The position numbers and the translations under genes are program-made. A stretch of 63,999 bases of DNA, filler included, from Choristocarpus tenellus KU-1152 (lineage: Eukaryota > Protista > Phaeophyceae): NCBI GenBank assembly GCA_964200185.2. It is 11 parts of 11 records of this genome, joined end to end, with 100 filler letters (N's around TTAATTAATTAA, not from the genome) between each part and the next. Parts side by side here need not be neighbours in the genome. Positions count along the whole stretch, not along the records: positions 1 to 25,580 come from CAXNAD020000185.1; positions 25,681 to 29,382 come from CAXNAD020018429.1; positions 29,483 to 34,009 come from CAXNAD020014140.1; positions 34,110 to 38,634 come from CAXNAD020014157.1; 7 more parts are not named here. One strand, 5' to 3'. Position 1 is the first letter of the stretch, and every line of letters begins with the position of its first letter. Shown piece after piece: positions 24,800 to 37,868 of this stretch. Below the pieces are notes generated by a model, which ran no database searches, was not told the origin of the DNA, and worked only from the letters and a program-made list of their open reading frames with translations.

Positions 24800-25470
24800 T
24801 CTGATGTTTGTTCACTAATGGTTGCTACCAGTGAAAAGTGTGGAAATATGGGGATATGTTTTTATGTTGTTGGACGCTTATGACGTTAACAGGGGCATCC
24901 TTTGATCCTCAGGATGTCGAGAACGATATGCAAGAGTGGACGGGCCAGTTGAGCTCGTCTGCCAGTAAGGGTGCCACCCTTGAGATGGACTCTTCTGCAG
25001 TTGAATTTGCTCCATCTTATCTTGGGTGGAAACAGTTGCACTTCCAGTCTTTGCGACCTCATAAGCTACAATATTTGCCTGGGATAGCTTGTGGACCACC
25101 ATACTGCCCAGGTAATCAACTAAATGGGATGACATGTGCATGAACTGGAATAAGTAGGTGGAGGAGAATGAGCTGAGGAGGCCAAGGGGGTGGATGAGGG
25201 AGAAAGGGAACTAGGAGGTTGTGGCTTAGGGTTAGGGTTTACCTCCAGACTATGTGGCAACTCGGTGAATGTTGTCAACGAGAAATTCATAATGGAACCA
25301 CAAAAAAAAGAAATGGAATATCTGTGACAGACACACACAGAGGTGTGGCAGGTGCCTCAGGGTCAAGAATCTGTAGGAGGTCAGGGTCAAGCAAGCCAAG
25401 GAGGTAGTGACCCTACCTACGCCTTGCCCATACAGACCAAAGCACCTTCTGGTCTATTGTCTCAACCGTC
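24800..25470 (+). mobile_element. Degenerate CRE-like non-LTR ORF fragment (post-RT region)
   Basis: GQLSSSASKGATLEMDSSAVEFAPSYLG and SQGGSDPTYALP resemble the Q..LP...GGLG..S....A..AYL and S..G..A.L.ALP blocks of CRE-clade ORFs. Heavily decayed. Confidence 0.35.
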
Positions 25471-25580
25471 TTGTGAGGGTATTAGGCATGGGTCTTCAAC
25501 TTGCACCCAATGTCCCATGTCCAAGTTTGCACTGGCACACAGTCCCTTGGTCAAGTGACAGTGTGACTACACCCATTGTT

Positions 25581-25680
25581 NNNNNNNNNNNNNNNNNNNN
25601 NNNNNNNNNNNNNNNNNNNNNNNNTTAATTAATTAANNNNNNNNNNNNNNNNNNNNNNNNNNNNNNNNNNNNNNNNNNNN
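25581..25680. other. Artificial contig linker (N44-TTAATTAATTAA-N44)
   Basis: Identical 100-bp linkers with stops in all six frames also at 29383-29482, 34010-34109, 38635-38734, 42747-42846, 47250-47349, 50390-50489, 53192-53291, 55920-56019 and 61395-61494. Confidence 0.98.
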
Positions 25681-25841
25681 CCCCCCCCTTCCCCAGATAA
25701 TTTGGGTCCAATGCTGTTTTCAAAAGGTACTAAGAGGGAAAGTGATATGCCACATTGTAGTAACATACATTATATATATATATCTTCTCTCGCAAATATA
25801 CATGCCACGCAAGTTTGGATTGCAGATCAAGGCCTTAAGAA

Positions 25842-26100
25842 GATCCCATCTATTAAGGGTAGGCAGGTTTGGACTGTTTTTCATTTTAAGCCGTCGTTCT
25901 CACCCTGTGCAATACACTCTCTACTTCATTGCAACATGTGCACATTTAATTGCGCAAAAAATGATATTCCACTCTCCACACAGAAAATGACACCACAATT
26001 AAGCAAAGGCTCTTTCTACTTTTGTTTAAAATGTCGTCTTTGTGGTCTGTCTTGAGGTCCTTCAAACGCAACCCTGCATACCTTAGTATTGGTTGGGCGC
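25842..26100 (+). mobile_element. MITE family D, diverged copy
   Basis: gtaggcaggtttggac...ctgtgcaatacac...gcaaccctgc aligns along its length with 2105-2322. Confidence 0.72.
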
Positions 26101-28978
26101 CATCCACGAGAGGGGACGAGATTTTAATCGATTCTGCCAACATCGCCAGGGCCTAAAAGGAAAAAACGAGGTACTCACCGTCACATCCCTTCCATCTCAC
26201 CACCAGAAGGGTTAAGATCTACCATACTGTCCTTGTTAGTGGGGGTGATATAATGTGTTGATGGGGAATGTATGTGATTGAACTACTTGATTTGTCATTG
26301 GTTTTGAAAGGATGCACACAACTCCTTGGATCTGTGGCCCTTCATGCTCAAGATGAAGTCTGTTTGGATTCTAACTATTGGGCACTTTTTTCTTATTTTG
26401 TCATGTATATTTACAGTAAAGTGAGTTATCATTCAATTATATAGATTCGTTTAATAAATCAAGAACAATCAAAAGATGTAGTTGGAATTTTTCAGGGCTT
26501 TCCATCTATCTATGCTGTTGGCAGTCGCCTCCAGGACAGAATTTGTCCTGGTCTAACTTTTGATCGGAGAGGAGTTTTTCGTCGAAATAAAGCTTGATGT
26601 GACCCTTGAATCACTCCTAACAATATTAGATAGGTTGGAGTTGGTTGTGGTGCGATGGGCGAGAGGGTGATTTTCCTCACTAAAATCAAGTTACTTAGAC
26701 ATCCGTCCGTCCGTCATCCCGTATATGGCTTGGAAGGCTGTTTCTCCTCTGCCAGAACGAGTTTTTTCACGGGAGAAGAAGAGTCGTGATCCTCCATGTC
26801 TGATCTGTCTGTGTGCAACCCTAAACTCTTCATTGTTATAGTAGCTCCACTGTTATGCCTAAAAGCTCATCAGACAGCAGCCAGCCAGCCAGCCCTCATC
26901 ATTGAGCTTGGTCAAGTATACACAAGCTCTCTGTTGTGGTTGTGACCCCTCTTTGATTTCTTGTTCCGCAGTGATCGACTGGTCCACTCGATCAAGCACG
27001 ACTCCCCCTTTCGACACACAGCAATCACCACCGCGTACACTCTGCCCAACCTCAGCCTTCGACTTCTGTGAAACTTGAAGGCCGGAGGTTTACACCGCAC
27101 CACGATATCTAGCATGTCCTTCGACAGAAGGACTTCCTCAGCCATTGTGCCAAGTTCTGGGTGGACAATCTACATTGTAGTGACCTGCATGCGAAGGTTA
27201 AGGTCCGAAAGCCTCGCACAGTATATTGTTAATAGTCACCTTTATGATAGCATCACAAGTCTCGATTAATTTCGAGATGATGCAAGTCGTCCGTCCTGGT
27301 TGGTGATCAGGGCATCAAATTAAAGCTGAGATCATAAACAATCAATTGGCGCAAAGAAATACTGTCGGGAAAAAATGATTTTAATATTCTAACAATATGA
27401 AATAATTTTAAAATATCACACTATATAATATATTATAGTCCTTGGAGGTAGGACTGGGAATGAGAACCACGTATGTATATATGTATATATATATATATGT
27501 GGTCGTCTCCCCCCACTTGGTTGTGAAGTTTGTGTCCCCCAACCAATGCAACATTTCTCTTCTCTACAACAAAAAGTGGATTTAGAGAATTGAGGAAGGA
27601 GCGTAGTATTGAGGATGGGTTCTGATCGAAAACGGTACGGAAAAAGTACCGATATGTTTTTTTTTTTTTATGTTTCGGCACTTTTATGGGCCCGGGATAT
27701 GTTTTTTTTTTAATGTTTCGGCACTTTTTAAGGGCCCGGATATATTTTTATTCAAGAATATTTCTGTACTTGTGGAGGGCATCGCTACGATTTGGAAGCG
27801 ACCTCGACCAAGCCAAAGGTATAAGGACAGACGGCCTTCCCCAGGGGGGAGCCGGTAACGGTTTTGGTATTCTTATAATAATATGTATGGTACACTACAG
27901 ATTTATTATACAGTACATATGTACATACATACGTACATACATACGTCTTCTTCTACTAGTTCCAAATATTTGTTCGAGTGTTATTATGTGGTTTGTACAA
28001 GCAGTAAGAGATTATTAATAGGTCACATCCACCAAAAAAACTTATCAAGTCCACAAAGAAGAACGAACACATGTTTCACTCTAGACATACATGAAAGCTT
28101 GTGCTTCGTGTATATTTTTGGCGTTAATGGCTGTTATTGTCGTGTAGTTCTGGCACGCTTAATAGGAAGAAGAAGAGAAGAAGAAGAAGTTAGGGTTATT
28201 TTGCCATATTATTATATTGTTTATCAATTATTGTTATCGTCGCCAGACAGAAGAAGTTAGCATTGAGTGCATATAAGTAATAGTGTCATCATACTATGAT
28301 GATGGACCTCTTAGTATGAATATCTCAGTCATGCCCGATATATCGGGCAATGTGATATTCTCCCCCCATGACACCCTGCCTGTCCGATACGCCGATCTGT
28401 GTTTATCTATTTTCTCGTGCAAGTTGTTGGTCTTGTAATATATCGCAAGATAATAACACGGAGGGGAAGAATAATGCCACAACAGCCCAGGGCTAATATA
28501 TATATATTTTTTAATCCTGCATCACATAGAATAGAGAAAGCATGAAGTTTTAATTCTGCTGCTCATTATTGTACCCCTCTTCCCCCTGCCATCGCAAGAA
28601 GGTTTGCACGTCACCCGAAGCAATAATCTGCTAGTACTCTCGTAAATATGTCACCGGGAATTGAAGAGACACACGAACAGCCTGCTTGAACTAAGTACTG
28701 GATAATAGCCGAAACATCAATAAAAAACACTCCCGTATCCTCTGTTTGCCGTTGGTCAATCATTATTTTGCCTTGAAGTGTGCCCACTTCAACTTTCACA
28801 CACCCCCCCGCCCCCTCCCTCCTACCCGCCCGCCGTCCCGATTATCTTCTTACAAATATTCGTCAGCCCCTTCATCCTTCTCTGTATCATACCCTAACCC
28901 ATCTTCTTCTTCCTCCTCGTCCTCCTCTTCCATGGCAGAATCACTACCTCCACTCCATACGTTGCGACCAGTACCCTT

Positions 28979-29371
28979 TTAACCCGTGCTGGAAGAGGGA
29001 TACTTGCGCTTTCTAATGGTCTTTGGCGTCAATTCTGAGTCAGAATCCATCAATTCGAACCCTTGAGAACGCACTACCCTACCACCCGGGAGTGCGTTGA
29101 ATTGTGATCTGGTGTCATCTTTCAATCGGGGTTTGCACACCCTCCCGATCACGGGAGTGACAAACGTCTCTCCGGGGCCAACCTGGGAGAAGGGAAGTAG
29201 GACCTGTTGATGGCTTCCGCTCTGCGGCACTTCTGATGTGAACTCGATGTTGGCGTTGTCTGCCTTCTCGATCCATCGCATGTAGTACAATGGGCAAGTG
29301 GCTGCCACGCGCAAGTAGAGCTCTGCGCCCGGCCCACACACCTCCCTATCAGGCAAAAGCATGCGCTTGAG
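28979..29371 (-). CDS. Terminal exon of a hypothetical protein
   Basis: GC-rich open frame of about 130 codons (LKRMLLPDREVCGPGAELYLRVAATCPLYYMRWIEK...IRKRKYPSSSTG*) starting at a possible AG acceptor next to the contig edge. No family recognised. Confidence 0.5.
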   Translation of the reverse strand, partial: LKRMLLPDREVCGPGAELYLRVAATCPLYYMRWIEKADNANIEFTSEVPQSGSHQQVLLPFSQVGPGETFVTPVIGRVCKPRLKDDTRSQFNALPGGRVVRSQGFELMDSDSELTPKTIRKRKYPSSSTG

Positions 29372-29482
29372 CTATCTATTACNNNNNNNNNNNNNNNNNN
29401 NNNNNNNNNNNNNNNNNNNNNNNNNNTTAATTAATTAANNNNNNNNNNNNNNNNNNNNNNNNNNNNNNNNNNNNNNNNNNNN

Positions 29483-29604
29483 AAAATTGCACTTACATTA
29501 TCCATCCGACGAATGTAACCAAAACACACAAAAATTGGGAAATAAAAAAATTTACCCAAAATGGACAGCCGCCCCCCCCCCCCCCCCCCCAGGTACTTTG
29601 AGCC
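29483..29604 (+). mobile_element. MITE family B, right half at a contig edge
   Basis: cattatccatccgacgaatgtaaccaaaa...aaatggacagccgcc(C)n aggtactttgagcc. Other edge-truncated B ends are at 1-21, 25681-25708, 55819-55919 and 61375-61394. Confidence 0.82.
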
Positions 29605-29908
29605 ACTACATACTATGGAGAGAGAAAACAGAGGGTGTCAGTGTCAGGGGTCATGCCATGCATCTCTCTTATTGTGACGCCCATTTCCAACAGCTGGTGG
29701 CAATAAATAAAATATTAACCGGAAAGAGACCCTAACAATCGAACACGCTTACGATCTAACATCTGGCAGACGTTTGGCATCTCATCTCGAACCTCCGACG
29801 TTTTTGAGCTATTGAAACAGCATAGAGAATAGAAGTGTTGAGTATTTTGCAAGCAACATTTTTTTTCAATTCTTGAATTAAGCGCCGAAATGATCAGTTT
29901 GTACTCAC

Positions 29909-30743
29909 CAGAAATTCTTCTGTAGGGTCAAAGCTTAGGCTCTCGATGGGTGAGCTGTTCCCCGTTAGACTCAGGATACTGCTGGCGCGCCCGATCTTCC
30001 AAACATTGACACGCTTTGGTCGCCATAAGAAACAACGACGTTTCCATCCATACGAAGAGGGGGTCGATTTTGTTTTTTCAGGGAAAGGACTTTCATTGTT
30101 GCTTGACATGTCAACATTAGATAGGGAACAGTGAGTTGCGCCTTCTTTATCTGTTGCATACTTGTAACAATGGTGGGTACTCTCCCCTCGCGAAGGTGGC
30201 GGGTTGATAAGCATGATCTACAGAAACCTGTGGCAATGCTACAAATAGCCCCATCGAAGCGACTTGTACGCTGGAGGAAAGTGCTCCCCTTCTATTTCTG
30301 GTATGTGCACAACTATATGGATGTAGTTCTGGAAGGAAGAGTCGATTTCGTCGAGAACGTTATTGGGATGCGAAATTAAGGCAAGAATTATCTGCAAGAA
30401 TGTCTTCCTTCTGTCAACGGTTGTAGATGTGCCTCCGTGAGACTGTGTACGCTCGCAATTTATGTCAGTAACAACCCATCCCTCATCTTGATTACGGAAG
30501 CTTGTCCTACAAAGATGAACATTCTGGTTGTTTAAGATCAACGCATCATCACCGTCTGAATTCGAAAGGGAGCCCGAAGCTACCCTTGCCTTTTACTTTC
30601 AACCTCACCTTGTCCTCGCCGCCTGTAGCCAACACCTGCCCAGACCGTGGTCCAATACAAACGCAGTTTACTAACGTACTGTGAGCAACGAATTCGTGTG
30701 CTTTGAATCCCGTAAAGGAGCTATCAAAGTTTACAGAGAGCAT
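29909..30743 (-). CDS. KATNB1: Katanin p80 WD40 subunit B1, first two exons (3'-partial)
   Basis: Exons 30743-30609 and 30013-29909 splice in phase 0: ...HEFVAHSTLVNCVCIGPRSGQVLATGGEDK|RVNVWKIGRASSILSLTGNSSPIESLSFDPTEEFL. This matches the N-terminal WD40 repeats of katanin p80 (EFVAHS...LATGGED.KVN.W.IG...SL.GH.SP.ES..F). Confidence 0.88.
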
Positions 30744-31180
30744 AGCAACTGGTAGGACTGGGCAGATTTCGTTGAGGGTGTTCGTCACTCAAGATCAGGC
30801 GAGGCGACCTCTGTATTTTCGTATTTTCACAGCAACAATGCTATCCTGGTGGTGGTTTGGGTAATGACGCCACTATCCTTCGATCATACACACAAGATAC
30901 TTGAAGTTGGTCTATCCTTTTCTATGTGATGTACAACTCTGGTTTACGACGCTAAACAAGAAATGAGTTAGTCAAAGATACCAACAATGAACTTCTTGGA
31001 GGCGTTTCGTTTTCCTCCCAAACTTGATTGGCGCGTTGTTCGACCGCACAATAAAAACAATAAGACTGTTTGACATTTTTCAAACCTTACCTAACCTCAA
31101 CAGTAGTCCCAAAACAGCCTTCTCTGCTCGCCTGAAGGGGTCTTCCGCTTAGCGAAACCCACACATACATCTCGTCGAGT
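30744..31180. promoter_or_regulatory. Putative bidirectional promoter between KATNB1 and DDX11
   Basis: 437 bp between divergent ATGs (30743 minus, 31181 plus). Contains GATTGGCGCG at about 31026-31035, an inverted CCAAT overlapping an E2F-like WTTSSCSS octamer. Confidence 0.55.
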
Positions 31181-32745
31181 ATGCAGGATAGTTCTGATGT
31201 CGGAAATGGCTTGTGTGATACACTTGTGCCCAAGGCAAAGGACTTGAACGGATGTGCGAAGGGAAGGACAGGTTCTTCGAAGGTTCCGTCCATCCCCTTC
31301 CCCTTCAAGCCCTACGATGTGCAGGAACAGCTCATGCGAAAGATTTACGAGACCTTGGAAAGGGGTGGAATAGGAATATTCGAAAGTCCTACTGGAACCG
31401 TGAGTATCGACCTAGAAATTGCCAGCGACGTCCCTTCATCGTCTGCAACCCTCCTCGGTCGTCCATCACTCACCAGTATACCACCTTACCAGGAAGTCTT
31501 TCTTCCATCCGTCCATGGAAAGTGAAGTATTCATGCAGTGAGTGGAGATTTATAGATCTAATATTTCTGAGTAGACTAATTACTTTCTCTTGGTGCAGCC
31601 TCTCAGCACTTTACTTATGTTGGCCTTACCCCTTTCTTGCCACTCTCAAACCCCTTCAAGAGGCCCACAATCTTTCCAGGACTTGTTCTGTGATCAAATC
31701 CTCCAGAGTCAGATTTACCCTCAGGTGTATTTACAACTTTCCTCGTTCACACCCTCCCCTCTCCCTTCCCTGCTCTGCGCCACTCCCTTGCCAACAAATA
31801 TCGAACCAACCCCTTCGTATGTCGGTTTCCGTATCATCATCGGGCCACAAGGACAGGGTAAATCCCTCAGCGTTATTTGCAGTGTGCTGCAGTGGTTGAA
31901 GGATGCTGAGAGCAAGGACATTGTAGAAGACAAGGGTGAGAGCGGGAGGGAGCTGGGGGAGGAGCGTTGAACGCACATTATCCATTGACCACAAAGGACT
32001 GCAACTGTAGTGTAATTTAGGAATCTAAACTGGGTTGACTTTCTGTGCGACTACCGTTTTGTGAAGAACATATTGCATTTGTAGGGAATAGGTTATAAAC
32101 GTGGGAGTTGATACCGTTTCCATGTGTTTTGAACCAAGAACGTTTCAACGGAGGGAACAGAAATCTTGCGTGCACAGGGGAAAGTTATGGGGGTAAGAAC
32201 CAATGAAGGTAAACCGTCGATCGCACGATATTCATGCAATCAAGGCAGATGCGACCCCCTTGCCTTAACCTTTATATTCCTAACAAGATCGAACCATAGT
32301 ACCAAACCCAGATACTGACCCTAGCCCTGAGCATTGCCTTAGCTTTTTGCATATGTCTACAAAGGAGTTTGAAGTTATATTCAGTTTGATGGGTGTAGGT
32401 AGAATACGTGAAACACATCATTCTTCCTCCCGCCCACCCATCCATCCACCTACCCACCCATCAGTTGGTCATCCTGTAAAACCATCATTCATGGTTTTAC
32501 CTGTTATGCGGCATTATCAGAGAGTACTGCCCCTGTACCCTTGTACTTTCAACTTGCTGTCCTCTCGTCCCCCCAACCCGCAACCACAATGCAGCCAATT
32601 CTGGAGCAGAGGGTCAGGGGGCAGAAGGAGGCGCAGGAAAGAGTTCAAATGGGACAACAGGCCAGGGAGAGCAGAGCAAGCTGCCTGCGTGGCTGGTGGA
32701 CTACTCTGCTTTGAAGACCAAGGAAGAACTGAAGACTCGAGCAAG
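31181..32745 (+). CDS. DDX11: DDX11/CHL1 (Rad3/XPD-family Fe-S) DNA helicase, first three exons (3'-partial)
   Basis: Exons 31181-31399, 31857-31935, 32595-32745. Q-motif FPFKPYDVQ, then GIFESPTGT|GKSLSVICSVLQWL (Walker A split by an intron), followed by the low-complexity insert and LPAWL typical of CHL1/DDX11. Confidence 0.88.
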
Positions 32746-35700
32746 GTTAGTGATGAATACTGTTGATCGCTGTTTGGTTGTCAAAGATGTCAGGTGCCTC
32801 ATGTGGACATCTGAGTGTGCCTGCAATCCCTGCTGTATTGAACCTTTAATATGGTGACAATATGCATTACACCGATGTCTTCTTCACAGCATTTTATTAC
32901 AGGAAAAATATTTTCGTGTGTAATATGTATTTCTGAGAACTCAAACATGTGTGTGTGTTTGAGCCGTTACTGTTGAGTGGTCGACTGAACTCTACCGTCC
33001 AAATCCACACTTCGCTGTGGAGGTGTAAGCACATAAGACCTTCAGCACATATGAGAAGTGGTTTCTAGGGGATGGCCCTCATGTAAGCCCTACGTCTGCC
33101 CGGTGTCTTTATTGGTTGATCCTTGTTTTCATCTCGTAGTTGTAACTCCCAAATGTGTAACTGTCCATTTGAACAGATACTGGAAGAATTGGAGATGGAG
33201 GGGAATGGCCTCAACCCATGTGTATGATATGATATTTACATGTCTTGGCTATGTAACGTAATTGTCCTTGATGATCCATGGTACACATGGTAGACTTCAT
33301 TGTGAACTGAGAGTTACCTCTTTGAAAATGAGACATATTTGCTTTCCATTCTTTGTCTGGAGTAGACTCCTGCATTGAATCGTCCATCCCTCCCTCCCTC
33401 TGCCTGCAGTGGCATGTGATCCCACAGACGGGAGACAAAACTTGAATAAATGCTACATCCAGGGGACAGCATGAGTCCTTGAAAACAGAATCTTGAGCTG
33501 TGCACGCCTCCTACATCTCACATTACCCAAATGACTCACATCCCACGACAAACTGCATGAATATAAACACATTTTTCCCAGCTTTCGGGCATCCATGTAT
33601 CCAGAGAGTAGATCAGAGATGAAGTAAAATCCGTTATGTGTGTCCATGTATTGGAACATAGGAGAGTGTTATGGTGATTGAGGAGGAGAAGGAGCAGGCT
33701 CTGCATCCCCACGCAGCACACTCTAAGTTTCTTTTTACTCTCCACCTCTGGGCCAGTACTACCTGTTTAATTCGCTGTGAATTGTGTGTCTTGAACCTGG
33801 TAAATATGGAGTGAGGATAAAAATCCCCTTTGTATCAGGGCTAGGGTCGGGGGTAGGGGGTTGAGATTCCTATTATTTTTTACTGCTTTGATAAGATTGT
33901 GGTTGGGTTCAATATTTTAAAGCTGATTTGTTAGTAGCCAGACGCATCTACATATACTAGGGCAATTTTTTTTTTTTCCCCCATGAGAGTATGAGGAGAG
34001 AGATGGAGGNNNNNNNNNNNNNNNNNNNNNNNNNNNNNNNNNNNNNNNNNNNNTTAATTAATTAANNNNNNNNNNNNNNNNNNNNNNNNNNNNNNNNNNN
34101 NNNNNNNNNAAACAACCATTCTCATAGTCAAGCTCCATTCTCAATTTTGAGGATCCCCTGTTCTTAGCCTCCAGACTATCTGCGGCGTGAGTCCCGTAGC
34201 CAACATGACCACTCCAGTGAGTCGTACGTTTTTCGCGCGAACCCATAGGCTTGGGGTAAAAATTGAGAGCTGAGCGACGAAAGTGGAAACGCGCTGGCTG
34301 TACGCAACGCTTTAGCGCTACCTCCCAGTAAGAAACGATATCCGAAGGGTGGACCAGGAAGGAAAGGGTGGACTCACCAAGGTACAGCACATGAGTTACA
34401 TTCCTAACCTAATGTTCATCTACGCCGTTTCGCACCCAGATCCTTCCCGCGACCGCAAGATCGGAATCTGGTGTGTTTTTGTCATCGAGGAGGCGTAGCC
34501 AAATTCGGTCCGCCACGAGACAAGGCAGCAGCCTGGATAGGGGGGGGGTGGAACATCAAGCTCGTACGTAAAGCAGCCAGCGCGGTCACCTTTTCTCAAT
34601 ATCAACGATTTAGGGTTCTTTGCATCTTCTACGAGTAGTAGAGTTTGGAGGGCGTTATTGTACGATAGCGAACCTTGTGAGAGGATGGATAAAGAGCGTG
34701 TGCAATGTGTACGACGCAGCTACTTTAGAGAAGGTATGTCGGAGCCTCTTTAAGTGATACAATCAAGTTTTGAACGCCTAAGGGGGGAACGATTTCGAGG
34801 TACAGCTCACCAGAACTAAGATAGGCAGCACGAGCGAAGTCTGCCAAAATTGGTCTGAATCGACAAAGGACTTTTGACGCGGCAGTGGATTCGAGGATTG
34901 ATGGCTATGAGCAAAGTCACGAAGACAGATTTTCAAGCAAAAAACATTAAAGAATCCAACGTGAAAAAAGCTTTTTTTCATCAGAGGTCATTTGGCAAAG
35001 GTTACACCCTTGACGACGTCGACTTAAGGGACAGAGCGAGTAAGTAGTATAATTCGTTTTAAAGTGAACCTGTCAGGATCATTATTATATGCTGTGTGGA
35101 TATGGTAGAATATTAATAGTCCCGTTACTTTCCCCCCCTGTGGTATAGCAAGTTGAGTGGAAACTCCAGTCCTCAACAACCAGCATAGTAGTAGTGTGTT
35201 TCTTCCAATTAAAACAAATATGAAGAATATTAACAGTCGCCCTTCCAAAGCATACTTAATTTTCAAAGCTTCTGATCAAGTTCGTTTTCATACTCTCTCT
35301 ACACACACAATGTAATTACTTTTAGACTAGAGGCCTTTAGCGTGAACATATCAAAGTAGTACGGAGACAGGACAAACGCGAAGAACAAAAACAACACTCG
35401 ATCTATAGCATAACAAAAGGGGACTTTGACATTCAAGGCCTGAAAAATAAGCAAATAAATGCTCCCATCCGTTACTTCAACACAAATGCACTACATTTGA
35501 GGACAGTAGTAGAGGGTATTGCTAGGGCAGGTTACATTTCAATAAACAAGTTCCTCAAGGCTGGCACATCGGAATCTCCTTGTTTCTCCCACTTACGTCA
35601 AAGCACAAAAGATTCATGTACGAAGTAAAGGTCCACACATCACTTGAGTTTCTACTCTGAACCTTTCATATAAAACAGAAAAAAGTTCTATTGACAACTA

Positions 35701-36177
35701 TAGATGAAACACAGAGGGGTTTCAACGATGCCATCACCTCACAGAAGACAACTCCACTTCTTAACTAGCCTGTTACAGGTCTCTGTACCTTTATAATACC
35801 TAGCCAGGGAAACAAAACTAGTGCCTGAGCGTGACTATGATCACATCTCGATGAAGAAGGAATTTGGTGCAGGGAAAAAAAAATTCCATGCTTTCTTTTG
35901 GCTCAGTGCCACACTACACGTAACAGTTTGCATCATTGCAGTACGTTTTACCCTCCCTAAATCAAAATTCCACCTGACAGACTATTGTATCCTCTATCTC
36001 TGCCAATATTGCCACCAAAAAAAAAAGGTTGACATGGCTCCTCAAACACTCACAACCGCCCCAGCTAGAGTGACAGGACAATATGGGCAAAAAAAATTCC
36101 CTCTTCAAAAAGTCCCCCTCGGGAATCCCTTTCACATGTTTCACCAGGACCACTGTTTCCCCAGCAATCTCCTCCTC

Positions 36178-37837
36178 TCACACTATGGAAAGAGTCTGAG
36201 GCAGACTGACCTCCTCACCCTTCACACTCCTTACCACGGCCATGAGATCGGCCACGCTCTTTTTTGCCTCAGCATCACGGAGTCGCCCATCCACACGTTG
36301 AAGTGCCGAGAGCGCTGCAAACGTCACCGCTTCCTTTAGAGTCAACGGGTCCTTCCACGCCCCTGCAGCCAGGGCTAATGAACCAGCAAAACTATCGCCT
36401 GCGCCATTGGTATTGATAGGACTGTCCTTCCCTGGCGCAAACGCGGCCAACCTGATTGCACCCCCAGCCCATACTGCAACCTGTCTCCGAAGGGACAAGC
36501 TTGAATCCAGGCGGTCGTTGTCTGCAGTCACAGCTGTGAACGACCCTCGGCCTCCCATGGTGATACTCACCATTGCCACACCGTGGGAAAGGAACCACTC
36601 AGCAAGACTCTGCACATGCTGATCTTCTGAAACTCCCTCTCCTGTACTCCCAACTATGGCCTCGGCCTCCTCTAGGTTAGCGTGGAGCAAGTCTACTCTT
36701 GGGAGTGCCGAACCAATTACCTTCTCATGCCACTCCGCCCCTTTACTTGGGTCGACCCCGTTGAGGTCCATGCTGACCAGGGGGCTACCAGGCAATCTGC
36801 CTGCTTGATGAAGGACGTCTGAGAGCGTTTGTCCTTGGATCTGTGAGCCAACAGGAGAAAAGGAGGCAGGGGAAACAGAGGTGACGTCCAGGAGTTTAAG
36901 ACAATATAACCTCAAAACCTGTTGGCCAACTGTAATAAATAACATTATCATAACAACTGCTAGGCAGTTGTAAATCAGAGGGTCTCAGCACATTCTTTCA
37001 CTTCAAGTTTGAAGGGGTCTAGTCCGACCTAGGAGGATGCAAACAAATATCAAATGTCCTGCGCAGTGTTAACCAATCAATAAGAGCAATTTAGGCTCCA
37101 ATCTATTCACTCGCATAAAATGTTACAAAATGTTACAGTTGGTGCAGAACTCCAACAATGAACTCCAACATGAGAAAGCAGTACTCTTACACACACACAC
37201 CCCTCGAGCATAAGACACCCATAACAAACAACAACTGGACACAACAGAGAGGTAGAAAACAAGACGGTAGAAGCAGGCAGAGAGATAAAGAGGTATACCT
37301 TTGGTGTGAAGTGGGGATATCCATAGTGCACCACAACAATGGGAGAGCTGTCATCAGCAGAAATATCGCCAAGGGCCACCAAGACCTCTTCCGGGGTGAG
37401 ATCATTGTTTGCAGCAAGGTTAACAAAGCAGCCTCGTGCTCCAGACGTGTAGATGGGCAGCACAGCCAAGGCTGTTTGAGTAGATGGATCACGGATAACA
37501 CGATTGCAGTCCACTCCAGCAGCTGACATCTGACAGTGTTCAAAGCAGGTGGGTGCAGGATGGCCAGAGGAAGAATGAAGGCGAACTCTACATTGATGTT
37601 CACATGTACCTACCCATCAAAATATACACCAAGCACAATGCCAACTGCAGTGCAACGGATACTGAAGTGTAGACCGTAACGCCTACCCACCACAGCAATA
37701 GTGGCAATAGTGTATACAAAAGCAATAGTGAATACAAAAGCAATAGCGTATACAAAAAGGCTTGAGACAAGCAAACAAACAAAAAAATACTTCAAAGCTG
37801 AAACCATTGAGCTCTGCTCTGGCACCACAAGATCTGA

Positions 37838-37868
<31 letters not shown>

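Noticed and set aside
25625-25636. Recurrent palindromic TTAATTAATTAA as a biological motif
   Set aside because: It is always centred in identical N runs, so it is an artificial six-frame-stop linker. ORFs containing X or ending in LIN are artefacts.
26100-27270. Possible gene in the second contig (ORF 26912-27145 and nearby splice-like sites)
   Set aside because: No consistent exon chain or recognisable protein on either strand.
27490-28510. Helitron-like non-autonomous elements next to TA tracts (short hairpin AGCCCAGGGCT near 28485)
   Set aside because: No clear 5'-TC and 3'-CTRR boundaries and no second full copy in the window.
31252-31899. 215-aa plus-strand ORF and similar long alternative-frame ORFs (35821-36339, 37701-38354)
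   Set aside because: Shadow frames overlapping real exons or introns, with no protein-like motifs.
31181-31935. Assignment of the helicase as RTEL1, FANCJ or XPD
   Set aside because: GIFESPTGTGKSLS.IC..L.WL followed by an insert and a P.W motif fits CHL1/DDX11 better than the LLESPTGTGK(T/S)L.LLC of RTEL1/FANCJ.
34110-34700. GC-rich segment that might be a first exon
   Set aside because: Stops interrupt the candidate frames before the GTGAGT donor near 34376, so no product can be supported.
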